The notes beneath the pieces were generated by a model. The model did no database searches, had not been told where the DNA came from, and was given only the letters and a program-made list of their open reading frames with translations. Position numbers and translations under genes: made by a program. A stretch of 64,000 bases of DNA from Sminthopsis crassicaudata (lineage: Eukaryota): contig NC_133617.1 in the NCBI RefSeq assembly GCF_048593235.1, positions 627,544,958-627,608,957 on the forward strand, in the 5' to 3' direction. Each line of letters begins with the position of its first letter. Position 1 is the stretch's first letter. Shown piece by piece: positions 15,032 to 31,799 of this stretch.

Positions 15032-15348
15032 CAGAGGGTGAGATGGGAGGGTCTCAGGCTCCAGCAGGAAAGGCTTCCCCTCGGCTACCTCTCCAGTTCT
15101 TCTGACTGCAGGTTTGCTCTGCTGGGGCTGCAGAAGGCTACCTCTATGGCTCCACCACGCCCCAAGGACCTGCTGAGCCTGCCACTGGCAGGAGGCCCAG
15201 CCGATAGGGCTTGAGCCAGGGCGGGACATCCTGGGACCTGGACCGCCCCAGGCCATGTCCCCACCCCCCTTCAGTCTCAGGCTGCCTTCCATCCCTAGGG
15301 ACAGAGCAGAACTGGAACAGGAAAGCTCACTCTAGCATGCTTGCTCGG

Positions 15349-15362
15349 GCGCCCCCTGCTGA
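15349..15362 (-). promoter_or_regulatory. Candidate CTCF site between the MAPK3 3' end and GDPD3
   Basis: TCAGCAGGGGGCGC on -, one mismatch from the core CCAGCAGGGGGCGC. Confidence 0.6.
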
Positions 15363-15849
15363 TTTAGAAGGTGACTGACCAAGAGCTTCCCTTCCCCCCC
15401 TCCACTGGGTGCTCAGGGTCAGGTGCCTCCAGGCAGTTATGGGGTGTGTGTAGGAACAAATGGGAAACCCTTGAGTCACCCCCATTCCAGTTAGACAGGA
15501 AATGAACAGGGTAAGAAGAGAGTGGGGACTTAATGGAGAAAATGACCCCACTCCTTTTTAGTAAGGAGGCCCCTCCATGCATCTTTGGCTTTCCCAAACC
15601 CTTCCACCACCCCTACCCTACCCCAGGCCCAACTGTACCCATTCAAGTATGGTGGAGAAAGAATGGAGTCCGGCTAGCTGAGGTCACAGATCTCTGGAGT
15701 CGGCAGGGCTTAGGTTGTTGATGATTAAGCCCTTTCTACTTCCTTACCATCCCCCATCCCCCCAAAATGCTGGTCAATTCCAAGAAAGGCCCAGAATAGT
15801 CGATGAAGCCCTTATGAAATGGCAGCAAATAGACACACAGAGGCAGGGT

Positions 15850-16615
15850 ATCCTGATACACATCTATATATTTATATATTAGATACAGATGCTGGGAGAC
15901 AGGCATAGCCTCCCCTACAATACTGTAGAATTGGCTGGCCAGCCTTTCCCTCCCACACACATTCACACACACACAAGCAGCAGGGGCACCCCTTCTAGGA
16001 AGGGGAAGGGGCAATGGGGTTAAACGTGGCAGCTTCAGGGGCACAAGCCCAGCGTCTGAAGGACCCCAGTTCCTCCCTTCCAGACCTCTTCCTTTCTCCT
16101 CAATCTGAAAACTAGCCCTTAAGAGTCAGGAATGTCCCACAGAGGTTAGAGAAGATCTAGGGGAGGTGTCAATCATATGAAAGAGTCAAAACCCTTCCAA
16201 CTCACTCCCCACCAAACACATTCTTCAAGGTGCCTTGTAGGAATTAGAAGGCTGAGAAGCAGTACTAGCCCTTGAGAAAAGGAGCATGTGAAAGGAAATG
16301 GGCAAAGCAGCCTTGGGCTCCCTAGGCCAGGCTGAAATGGGAAGGGGAGTGAAGGCTTCTGGGGCAGTGGTGAGCCAGCCAAGGGAGCAAAGGTTTGGTC
16401 CAAAACCCCCAGCTGCAGGAGGGGCCATGGTTACAGCCTGAAGTAAAGGGGATGAAAGGCTTTCTCTGAGATAAAGCATGTTAGGACACAGGGGCCCAAA
16501 CACCCCCCCATACACACACACCCATTCGTCCTCTGCCTGGAATGGGGGGCCAGAGTGTGAGTGGCATCCAGTTTCAAACAGTCCAGCAGGAAAAGGGGCA
16601 GGTGGAATTCAGACT
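15850..16615 (-). other. MAPK3: MAPK3 non-coding last exon (3' UTR)
   Basis: Donor CTG|GTAAG at 17686/17685, 29 nt after the stop; acceptor ctctttttccatccag| at 16616; ends near a TA-rich block resembling the recalled human MAPK3 mRNA end. Confidence 0.75.
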
Positions 16616-16749
16616 CTGGATGGAAAAAGAGAGGCCAAGACCCAAATTCAGAGATTTATGACGAAGGAGAAGAAACCTGAGATCAAAGGTCATAAGAAAG
16701 AGGCAGGGAACCAATTAACCAAAGTTGGCTGAAAAATTGATCTGATTAA

Positions 16750-17080
16750 TAAGAGTCAGGGAAAACTGGCTTGGACCTTCAGACATGTATAAGCACACTT
16801 GGTCTTCTTCCCAAATATTTATATCTCCTACTACCACCCTTGGGATTGAAGGAACGAAGAATATGGATATACCATCATTATTTAAACTGGAGGAAAGGAG
16901 ATTACAGAAGGGATGCCCCTCTGGTAGAAAGGCCTCTCCACATAATCTCTTTCCAAAAGTTACTTTGTAGTTCCAAATTCCTAGGAGGCCAAGGAATGTA
17001 CACTGGAGGTACCCTGAAGGTACTCCAGTTCCCACTAGGACAGTTTGGTAAATGGAGAGAGGTTGATAAAGGGATGCAAG
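16750..17080 (-). mobile_element. L2 LINE endonuclease-domain remnant in the MAPK3 3'-UTR intron
   Basis: Decayed frame ...IPRVVVGDINIW..., matching the APE GDFN motif region. Confidence 0.5.
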
Positions 17081-17714
17081 AAAACTGAGCCCAGGAAACC
17101 CTGGCTTTTCCATGCTGTAGGGCCAGACAAACAGAGGAGGGTAAGATAGAAAAACCTAGTGGAAGGAGCACTGAACTTGTCATCAAAGAAACTGGCTTTA
17201 GTTCTCAATTCTGCTACTTACTGACTGTTTTAACTCATCTGTACTTTAAATATTCTCACGTCTAAAACGGCAATCGCAATATTTGTACTATTCACCTCAC
17301 AAGGCTGTTGTGAGGAAGGCACTTTGTAAACTCTGAAGTGTTATATAATATGAATAAGCCTCGTAACAGGAAGAGGTAGGGAGGAGGAGGGGAGGGTCTT
17401 GCTGGGGGAAGCAAATCCAGGAGAAGAGGTAGACTTGTAAAGATATGATGGAATAGGTGTTTATTTAGAGGAGTGTATAGATATGGGTTTGTGTACAATA
17501 TGGGGTGATACGGGATGAAGGAGGGAATGTGTATGCATCCAGGGTAATGGGACACACATATATATAGGCTTTTGTGTCCCCAGATGTTTGTAGGCAATTT
17601 GTTTATGGTAACAGGGCTGTAGGCAGGTGTTTGCACACAGGATATGTAAACGGGGTATAAACACGAATGGATCAGAAGTACTTACCAGGTCCTCAACAGG
17701 AGAGGATCCTTGTT

Positions 17715-23463
<5,749 letters not shown>

Positions 23464-23900
23464 CTCCACTCCCCTCCCTCCCCGCGGCTCCGCCCGGGGT
23501 CCCGCCTAGGCGCGCGCCGGCCCCGCCCTTCGTGTCGTCACCCCGCCGCGCAGGCCCCGCCCCCGATTCGAGCCAACCCTCGAGTCAGGACTATTGGGCA
23601 TCGGGTTCGGCGCCTGCGCTTGGGCGACCTGCCCGGGGCGCCTTTGCCCCGCCTACGCGTGCTGCCCCCTGCAGGCCTTCTGGGAGCGGCGTCCGGAGCC
23701 TCGCAGCGCGCGGCCTGGCCTGAGAGGCTAGATCCCAGGCTTTGTAGCGAGAGGGGGGTGGGGCGAGGCCCTCCATTGGAGTCAAACTGCTTAGACTGCC
23801 TTAAAGCGCATTACGGGGAGCCCAGTGCGGGGGAGCCGGCGAGGAGCTCGCCTCCTCCTCCGAGTTAGCCGGCGCTGTCAGCTTGCCCCCTATAAAGGAT
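23464..23900. promoter_or_regulatory. MAPK3 CpG-island promoter, with a + strand TATAAA at 23891-23896
   Basis: CpG-dense region with GC boxes immediately upstream of the ATG. Confidence 0.75.
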
Positions 23901-24529
23901 GCTTTAGGGCAAGCCACTGACAGGCTTGGGGTCCACTTTCCCGTGATCCCACGGTCTCCAAGTACCGCTCCCAAGTCCGAATTTAGGATCTTACAAAGGT
24001 GACGGGGCCGGGACTAGGCCCCTAGTTAACTAAGCGGGGTTGGCCGCAGATGCCCGGGAGCGTCTACAGGGGTTGTCTTTGGAAGAATGGCTTTTCTTTT
24101 TCATAGAAACGGAATTAAGGTTTATTTGGTAAGGGTTTCCATCCCAGCCAATCAAACAGTTACTAAGAGCCTGCTGTGCGCCAGACATCGGGCTAAGTCC
24201 TGGAGATGGGGGCGAAAGATGGCTCCCGCCTTCCGGGAGCTTCCAATCTAACGGAAACCCGACGAGCACGAGTAACCCCCCAAGCACTCATAGGACGTGA
24301 CCACGAAAGGGAGGGAGGATCAGTGGGATGATCCAGGCATGGAGCCGGGGAGGATGGGCTGTCCCTGGAGCAGCTAGGAAGCCACAGAGTAAAGGGGGGA
24401 AAGACTGGCTCGGGAAGCGGGTCTAGGTTAGGAGGAGCTTGGATCTCCAAGGAGAGAGATTCGCATTTGATCTTGAAAGTGATAGGAAGCATGAACCAGT
24501 GTGCGGCTGGACCATCTGCTCTTAGAAAC

Positions 24530-24615
24530 ATCATCCCTTGTGCATTTCTCTCAGCTCAGTCTGTGTTCTTTTTCCTGAGCACAGATTGGACTGAGAAAGA
24601 TGCACACGGGATAAT
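24530..24615 (+). ncRNA. Candidate pri-miRNA-like hairpin
   Basis: 24530-24565 pairs with 24580-24615: 29 Watson-Crick, 3 G-U, 4 mismatches, no bulges, 14-nt loop. Confidence 0.4.
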
Positions 24616-24769
24616 AATTTAGAAAAGCAATGGCTGTTCAATTATGTGAGTTTAAAAAAAAAAAAAAAAACAAAACACCCAACCCTGGAGAATGACAGAA
24701 ACCATGAGTTAAACTCACCAGGCAACAATATGTAGCCATCTGCCTATCTTTCCTGCAGTACAGACATGC

Positions 24770-24975
24770 TATTTCCGATGTTTCTCTTTGGGATCCCATT
24801 TGGGGTTTTCTTGGCAAAGAGACTGAAGTGGTTTGCCATTTCCTTCTCCAAATCCTTTCACAGATGAGGAACCTGAGGCAAAGGGGGTTAAGTGACTTGC
24901 CCAAGTGTCTGGGGCTGGATTTGAATTCAAGTCCTCCTAACTATAGGTCCCAGGCCTTTTATCCACTTCACCACT
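24770..24975 (-). mobile_element. Marsupial CORE-SINE (MAR1-like)
   Basis: ggggttttcttggcaaagagactgaagtggtttgccatttccttctcc...gttaagtgacttgccc, a typical MAR1 3' plus core segment. Confidence 0.75.
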
Positions 24976-25528
24976 TTGATACTGATTATCACTGCTCCCT
25001 TCATGGAGTGTGCACAAAGCAACCCATCCTCTCTTTTGTGTGTGAATCGTATTCCCAGCTTTCCATTAATCTTTCCTAGAAGTTCTTTTTAATATAATGG
25101 AACTCTTCCTCTAGGTTATCTACACATTGCTGCTCCCTATCATTGAATTTCTTGAAAGGACAAAAACAACTGTTCCATAGGGTAGAACATATCTGCAGGA
25201 CTTCAGCAAATTATTTTTCTTCTTAAATGACCAGACAGAGACTTCTATAATTCCCCCATAATTTGCTTCTGGATCACCACACACCAATTCAAGATAGCAT
25301 GACTCATATGCCAATTTAATAGACTTCAGAGGAACACACAATAGGTCTGGCAGGATCTGGGTTTAGTCCTTGCTAATTTGATAAACCCTTAAAAAAAAAC
25401 TAACTTCTTCATGCAATTACAAGATATTAGTGACTCAATAAAGTGCTAGATAGAGATCTGCTATGAGCCATATGTGGGGATTATAGTGATGCTGCTTGAA
25501 TGCTCTAGATTAGTGGCTATAAGAGAAT

Positions 25529-26048
25529 TGTTAAGAATCCCTTTTAAATCAGCCACAGGTTTTAGGAGTGAAAGAATTCACTCACTCTCCAATTATTAGT
25601 TGCAAAATGAAAGTTTATTGTTAGATAGAAATCAGTTTACCAAGAGACTGACTTCTATAGTGGCAGATCTATGCAAAATGGAGTTTTGCACTGAGAATGC
25701 AGTTCTCAGTGGACAGAAAGTCCTGGCAGCTGAGTGAGCTACCGAGGTCCATCTGCAAAAGACCTTCCTTGAAGTAAGCTATTATATTGGGTTTTAGTAG
25801 GGGTTGGACAGTTCAAGTTGGCTCACCTATAAGTTGGGTTTCAGCTTGAGCTAGAATTTGAATAGAATGAGTTTCTTTAATTGTATAGGGTTGGAGTTCT
25901 TTTAGTTCAGGACTGAACCAACCCCACCTAGATAAAAGAATGAAACTGTTTGTCTTCTTTCTCTCCTCTTTCACTGAGGCAGAGTTGAAGATTTTCTCCT
26001 TCAAGGAGTTTTAGAGTTTCAGAGTCCCTTCTTCATTACTACTACACA
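25529..26048 (-). mobile_element. Solo LTR (520 bp)
   Basis: TG...CA termini; flanking 6-mers gagaat/gagaag (5/6 match, putative TSD); - strand AATAAA near 25613 and TATA-like element near 25780. Confidence 0.7.
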
Positions 26049-27325
26049 GAGAAGTTTGTTATATGACTGTTTGTCACATAAGATCACAATTATTTTGCCA
26101 CATGTAGTGTTGTAAAAATCATTTTCTGGTGATTACAATTGATATTTCCTGGCACTAACTTCCATGTAGAAGGCAACTGATTCAGCCTATTAAATCAGTC
26201 ATATAACTGGAACTGGAAAGAATCTTAGAGATTAAGTTAATTTCAACAAACATTAAAGATTTACTGGGGTTACAAAGACAAAGAACAGTCACTACTCTAA
26301 ATAAATTTAGGCTTAACTGAGTGTATCTGACAAGCATTCGATTATACCAATACAAGGCAACATTCAGGAAAGCTGCTTGAATCTAGAAGTTTCCTGTAAA
26401 TGACATCTGATCTGAGAAATGAAGAAGAGGTCTGGAAATGCACAGAATCATTCCAGCTTGTGCAAATGCAGAGCCTAAGGAACTACTCCATTTCCTCCTT
26501 TCCACCTCTTCCTCTTGTCTCTGACTTCTGGGACATTTGACACTGGTGAAACCCTCTTCCTGTAAGGAGAAACCCAGAGAACAAATCTTTCCCTATCAGA
26601 ATCATGAGTTTTGATGGCAACCAAAACCCAAACTACTCTGGGGGGAAGGGAAATGAAACTATACTCACTAGGAATGTGCTTTATTATGCATTTATGTTCT
26701 AAATAAATGGTCTTATTGTTTACACACACAGAGAATCCTCCTCTTTAACATTCCCTGGCCTTCTGTGACACAGCACTCTCTAGGTTCTACTTTTAACTGT
26801 TCCTTCTCTGCTTCCTTCCCTGGTTAGTTTTCTTCCTCCCAGCTCCCTAATAACATTATTCTCTAAGGCTTTCTCTTTGGTCCTTTTCATTGCCTTTGTA
26901 ATGAAAAAAAATTTTTTTTAACTTTTTTTCATTTATCTTATCTACATCCCAAGATATCAACCTCTACACAGGATTCAAATTATTATGTACAGATCTGATC
27001 ATGTAACTTCTATTCACAATTTTCCCATATGTTCTTTTTGGCTACTAAATAAAAGTCTATCTCTGCCATCCAGGGGAAGGGGTGAGGGGAAGGAGGGGAA
27101 AAGTTGGAACAGAGGGTTTTGCAAGGGTCAATGTTGAAAAATTACCCATGAATATATCTTGTAAATAAAAAGCTATTATATATATATCTATGCATACACA
27201 CATATAATGTCTAAACTTCTTAATTTAGCATTCAAGGATGTCTTTCAACCTTTCTGGTCTTATATGAGTACTTTCTTCTATACTGTATATTCTGGTCAAA
27301 TTGAATCAGTTGCCATCTTCTGTAC

Positions 27326-27641
27326 NNNNNNNNNNNNNNNNNNNNNNNNNNNNNNNNNNNNNNNNNNNNNNNNNNNNNNNNNNNNNNNNNNNNNNNNNNN
27401 NNNNNNNNNNNNNNNNNNNNNNNNNNNNNNNNNNNNNNNNNNNNNNNNNNNNNNNNNNNNNNNNNNNNNNNNNNNNNNNNNNNNNNNNNNNNNNNNNNNN
27501 NNNNNNNNNNNNNNNNNNNNNNNNNNNNNNNNNNNNNNNNNNNNNNNNNNNNNNNNNNNNNNNNNNNNNNNNNNNNNNNNNNNNNNNNNNNNNNNNNNNN
27601 NNNNNNNNNNNNNNNNNNNNNNNNNNNNNNNNNNNNNNNNN
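27326..27641. other. Assembly gap (316 N)
   Basis: Run of n characters. Confidence 1.
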
Positions 27642-29080
27642 CCCACATTCAGAAGTAAAGTGGCCATTCTCAGGCCTAATCCTACTACTAATGACATGTG
27701 AGCATTTGACCTGCTTCATTTTCCTCCTGAGTCAGCCTCTCCTTAGGCAGCTTGATGAAATACCTTCTCCCATTTTAGTGCCATAGTCAGTGTGGACACC
27801 TGATCACTTCTAGATTTATTGCAATGTACTTCACAACATCCAAGATCAATCAATTTACCAGAATCAGACATCCTACTAGTAAGGGATGTATACTACCATG
27901 GCCAGTCACTGTAGGACTTGAAAACCCTCAGGAATCATTGATTTTTTGAGAGATGATAAGATTGTTGTAGGACTTCTAAATGCTCAGGAATCACTGGATT
28001 ATCTGAGACATGATAAGACTGTTGTAGGACTTCTAAACCCTCAGGAATCATTGGATTCTCTTGAGATATGAAAAGACTGTTGTCAGGAATCATTGGATTT
28101 TCCTAGAAATGATAGATAAAACTGTTGCAAAATCTGCAAGAATCATTGGATTCTCTAATACATATAAAGACTATTACAGGACTTCAAAAACTTGTAGGGA
28201 TCATTGGATTCCCTGACATGTGAAGCAATGGACAATAGATTGGTTTTGGACTATCTCTTGGCTGCTGAAGAAGACATATGTGTGACTGTTTGTTTCATAA
28301 TCTGGTGTCCCTCCTTCTAGGACTTCTGGAAATCTTTTATAAGACCATGTTGATTTATATTGTTTGTTATATCACTACTTGCATGTCCAATTCATGTTTA
28401 TTACACCACATTGAGCCTGCACTGATTGTGGGGGAGTCATCACTGTGCATTATTGCTATGTGCTTGTGTAATACCTCCCATGCTTATGGGTTTGTGCATA
28501 CCTGTTTCTAATAAAACCATTCAGCCCAGAAACCTGCTAGCAATCCCCACTTCCCTTTGGTGCTTTTCATCTCCCTTCCGGAGAAGTCAGGCAGGGTGTG
28601 ATCACCTCCTTTTTGGGGTTTTCACCTTCTTTCCTGAGATGTCAGGGAGGGTGTGATCATCTCCTTTTTGGGGTTTTCACCTCCCTGAGAAATCAGGGAT
28701 GGTGTGACCACCTGTGTTCTAAAACAAAAGAAAAAAGTGGGAGATGTAAAGGGCTGAAACTCTTGAGTCAATGCACTAAAGTCAGACAATCTAGCACTTG
28801 AAGCTAATTACAGATTGGGCAATATTCTATAAGAATGGAAAGTGGCCCTTCCCACTATCCTGTGCTGGCCCAATTGTTTGGTGTATACAGAGAATTGTGG
28901 GAGGGACTACGAGGTGCAGGGAGACTAGCCAGACTCTGGGCAAGAGATTAAGAGGTGAGGAAGTGGAGATCCTGTGTCCATCCCCTTCACTTCTACTGCT
29001 AAAGACCAAGAATAAAGACTTTTGCTTATCCTGACTCCAGTTGATTCTAAGATATCTATGGTGCTAATGCTGTCATCACA
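27642..29080 (+). mobile_element. ERV 3' remnant: decayed env TM, tandem repeats, PPT and 3' LTR
   Basis: SLDSLTCEAMDNRLVLDYLLAAEEDICV at ~28201-28284; six ~57-bp repeats 27905-28215; three ~52-55-bp repeats 28555-28712; PPT aaaagaaaaaagtgggaga 28726-28744; LTR TG(28745)...AATAAA(29011)...CA(29080). Confidence 0.85.
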
Positions 29081-30899
29081 AGTTACATCATACTTTTATT
29101 CATTTCTCTGATTATACTGTTCCTAGTTTTAGAAAATTCTATTAGCCATTTCTGTCTTTTGCAATTCTACCTATCCTTTAAGGCTCAGTTGATCTTTATC
29201 CTGATGAGGCCTTCCCTTTACTCCCAAATGAATATAATTTACATTTATTAAGTGTAGTATCCTGAACCCCCTCTTTCCTTTTCCAGCTAATTTTAGATTC
29301 TTGGTTCTGTTAGATTAATTGGCAATTTAAATCTACTGTTGACAAGTCCCTACCAATGTTTCTTTTACTGAACTAAACCTACTGTCTGTAAATTCAAAGC
29401 AAAGGTATTTAATATGAAAGAATATTGGAATTAAATCAAATTTTAAATTCCTAGCATTTATCCTCAATGACTGCTACATTTCATCTTACACATGGAGTGT
29501 GTGTGTTTCCTGGGAAGTTTTCTGGTTAACTCTTTAGTTTCTTCAGTATGACAAGAGATATATTAGTCAGTCACAGAACTTGTATTAGGCCCACCGTTTT
29601 AGGTCTTGACTTCCAGCTCAGTCCTGGTTTTCTTTCTTTGGCTTTTGATTATTACTTTGTAAGTCAATAATTTTCTCCTGACCTAGTCCCAGGTCTCATT
29701 AGTCCTGATTGCTAGATACTTACTCCCAGGAAATTATTCTGTGAAAAAAAGGAAATTATTCTGTGGGAAAAAAAAAGTTTGTGAGGGAGGTCCAAGCTCA
29801 ATTGGGCTTTAAAGGAAGGGAAAATTTCAATCAATTGAGTAGCTAGGACAGGGAGGAGAAATACATAGGTAAAGGCATGGTGCTAGAAAAAGGGTAAGAT
29901 GAAGAAAGAGAATACAGACTAGTACAATTTGGCTACAGTGTAGACTAAAGGAAAATAGCATGGGAGAAGGCTGAAAACTGGGATAGAATGAGACTGAATA
30001 TGTGTGTTTTGGAAGGTAGGTAATAGGAAGTCGATAGTTGATTACTGTATAGATAGAAAAGACTGTTTTCTGAGTAAAGGCTTGATAAAGTATGAAAATT
30101 AAAGTTTGGAAGATTGCTCAGGTGAAATGGATTAAAGAAAGAAAAGAAAAACAGAGGAGTCTATTATAATAATTTAATTGAGAAGAAATGAAGGCTTGAA
30201 CTAGAATGATTGTAATAGAAGTAGAAAGCAGATATGTAAATATGTAGCTAAGGTAAAATATACAGGATGTGACAACTGATGGAACATATGAAATGAGGAA
30301 GAAGGAAGTTATGAAAAGATAGAGATTACATACTTAAAAAAAATAAGAAGATGGTGATACCAGGAAGAGAAACTGAGGAAAGAGCAGGTTTGGAGGCAGC
30401 AATAATAAAATTGTTTCACATTTTATATTTTGAATTGATTTAGTTAGGATATATAGGTGAAACTATACGAAGGCAGTTGGAGATAGGGACCAGAACCCCA
30501 GGGCAAGATTGGGGATGGGGTCATAGGTTTGTGAGTATGGTAGGTCAGTAACTGACTTGGACAATGGCAACAAGACTTGGTAAGATAACAAATGGAGGTT
30601 GTCTAGCATGTACCTAAAGGAGCTTATCTTAGGGAGATAACCTTTGGCACAGGATTTCAGAAAAACAGTCATCTAGTAGTGAAGAATATATAAATATGTA
30701 CTCTTTATCAGCTTTTCAAATCTTAGTTTCTTTTTAGGTCACCTCTATCTGGAATCACTGAATCTTACCAGGGAACTAGAAGACCTGAAGAAACTATGCT
30801 TACTTTATATTCTTTTACTGTTTGTCTTTCAAAAATTTCATCTTTTTTTTTTTTTGGGGGGGGGGCTCATGGGTCTTACCCTCTCAGATTATTTATTGT

Positions 30900-31197
30900 T
30901 GTTATTTAAAAAAAAAAAAGGCAAATAGGCCATTCTTTGCCTTATTTCTAAGCCTAACTTTAATCATTGAATGAGTGATACTTCAGACAAACTGAGACCA
31001 GGGAAAGACCTTAGCTTAGAAAGACCAAGGTCTCTAATTACATCTAGGGCCATATCCAATTGTCCTGATCCACATATTACCACTGGACTCAGATGGTTCC
31101 AGAGGAAAGAGTGAAGCTAGTGACTTTACACAGCCCTGTCTCACTTAAATCCAATTAATTTGCAAGTCATGATGTCATGGTCTTTGAGAATGAAGGA
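30900..31197. mobile_element. Marsupial interspersed repeat (probably an RTE-related SINE, WALLSI-like)
   Basis: ccactggactcagatggttccagaggaaagagtgaagctagtgactttacacagccc...gagaatgaagga, recalled as a common marsupial repeat; family uncertain. Confidence 0.5.
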
Positions 31198-31799
31198 GTT
31201 GACCTGTTAGATCAAACAAGTGCAGTTAGCGTAAAGATGTAATGAATCTAGAAGTTACCTATGTGAACATGTAAGCACCAGGAAAACATGTTTGATATAA
31301 ATTCAATATAACTTTGGTAATAAATGCATGTAACAGGAACACAAACTAGATAATTTATGATTATGTTGTGGTACACAGATTGTTATAGCCAGTTACTGTT
31401 TAATATTATCTAGCCACAAAGTAACAATGGAATATACATTATGTAACTTAAAGGCACCTGGTGTTATTGCAATGCTAGCATAAAGAATATATAAATCCTG
31501 ACTCTCAGATCAAAAAATGAACTTTGAAATTCATTAATCGAAGTCTCTGCTTATCCTATGTCATGTCTTTTTCTCCACAAGGACCTTGAGCTGGTCTCAC
31601 ACAAAATGAATCTTTTCATTGTTTGAGGATTCTTATTAATAGAAAGTTATATGTCATACTGAGCCAGAATCATTCCTTTTTTTTTTTTTTTTTTTTTTAC
31701 TTTATTTTTCTTCCATAGTTTCCAATTCTACCCTCTGGATCTACAAAGGCTAAATCTACCCCTCTTCTATAGAATAATTTTTCAATTATTTGAAGACAA

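Noticed and set aside
25120-25341. 73-aa - strand ORF
   Set aside because: GTG start, no homology recognised and within chance length.
27207-27786. ORFs of 133-164 aa
   Set aside because: Artefacts of translating through the N gap.
27905-28712. Regularly spaced repeats superficially like a CRISPR array
   Set aside because: Units are contiguous tandem copies without unique spacers, in mammalian ERV DNA with no cas genes.
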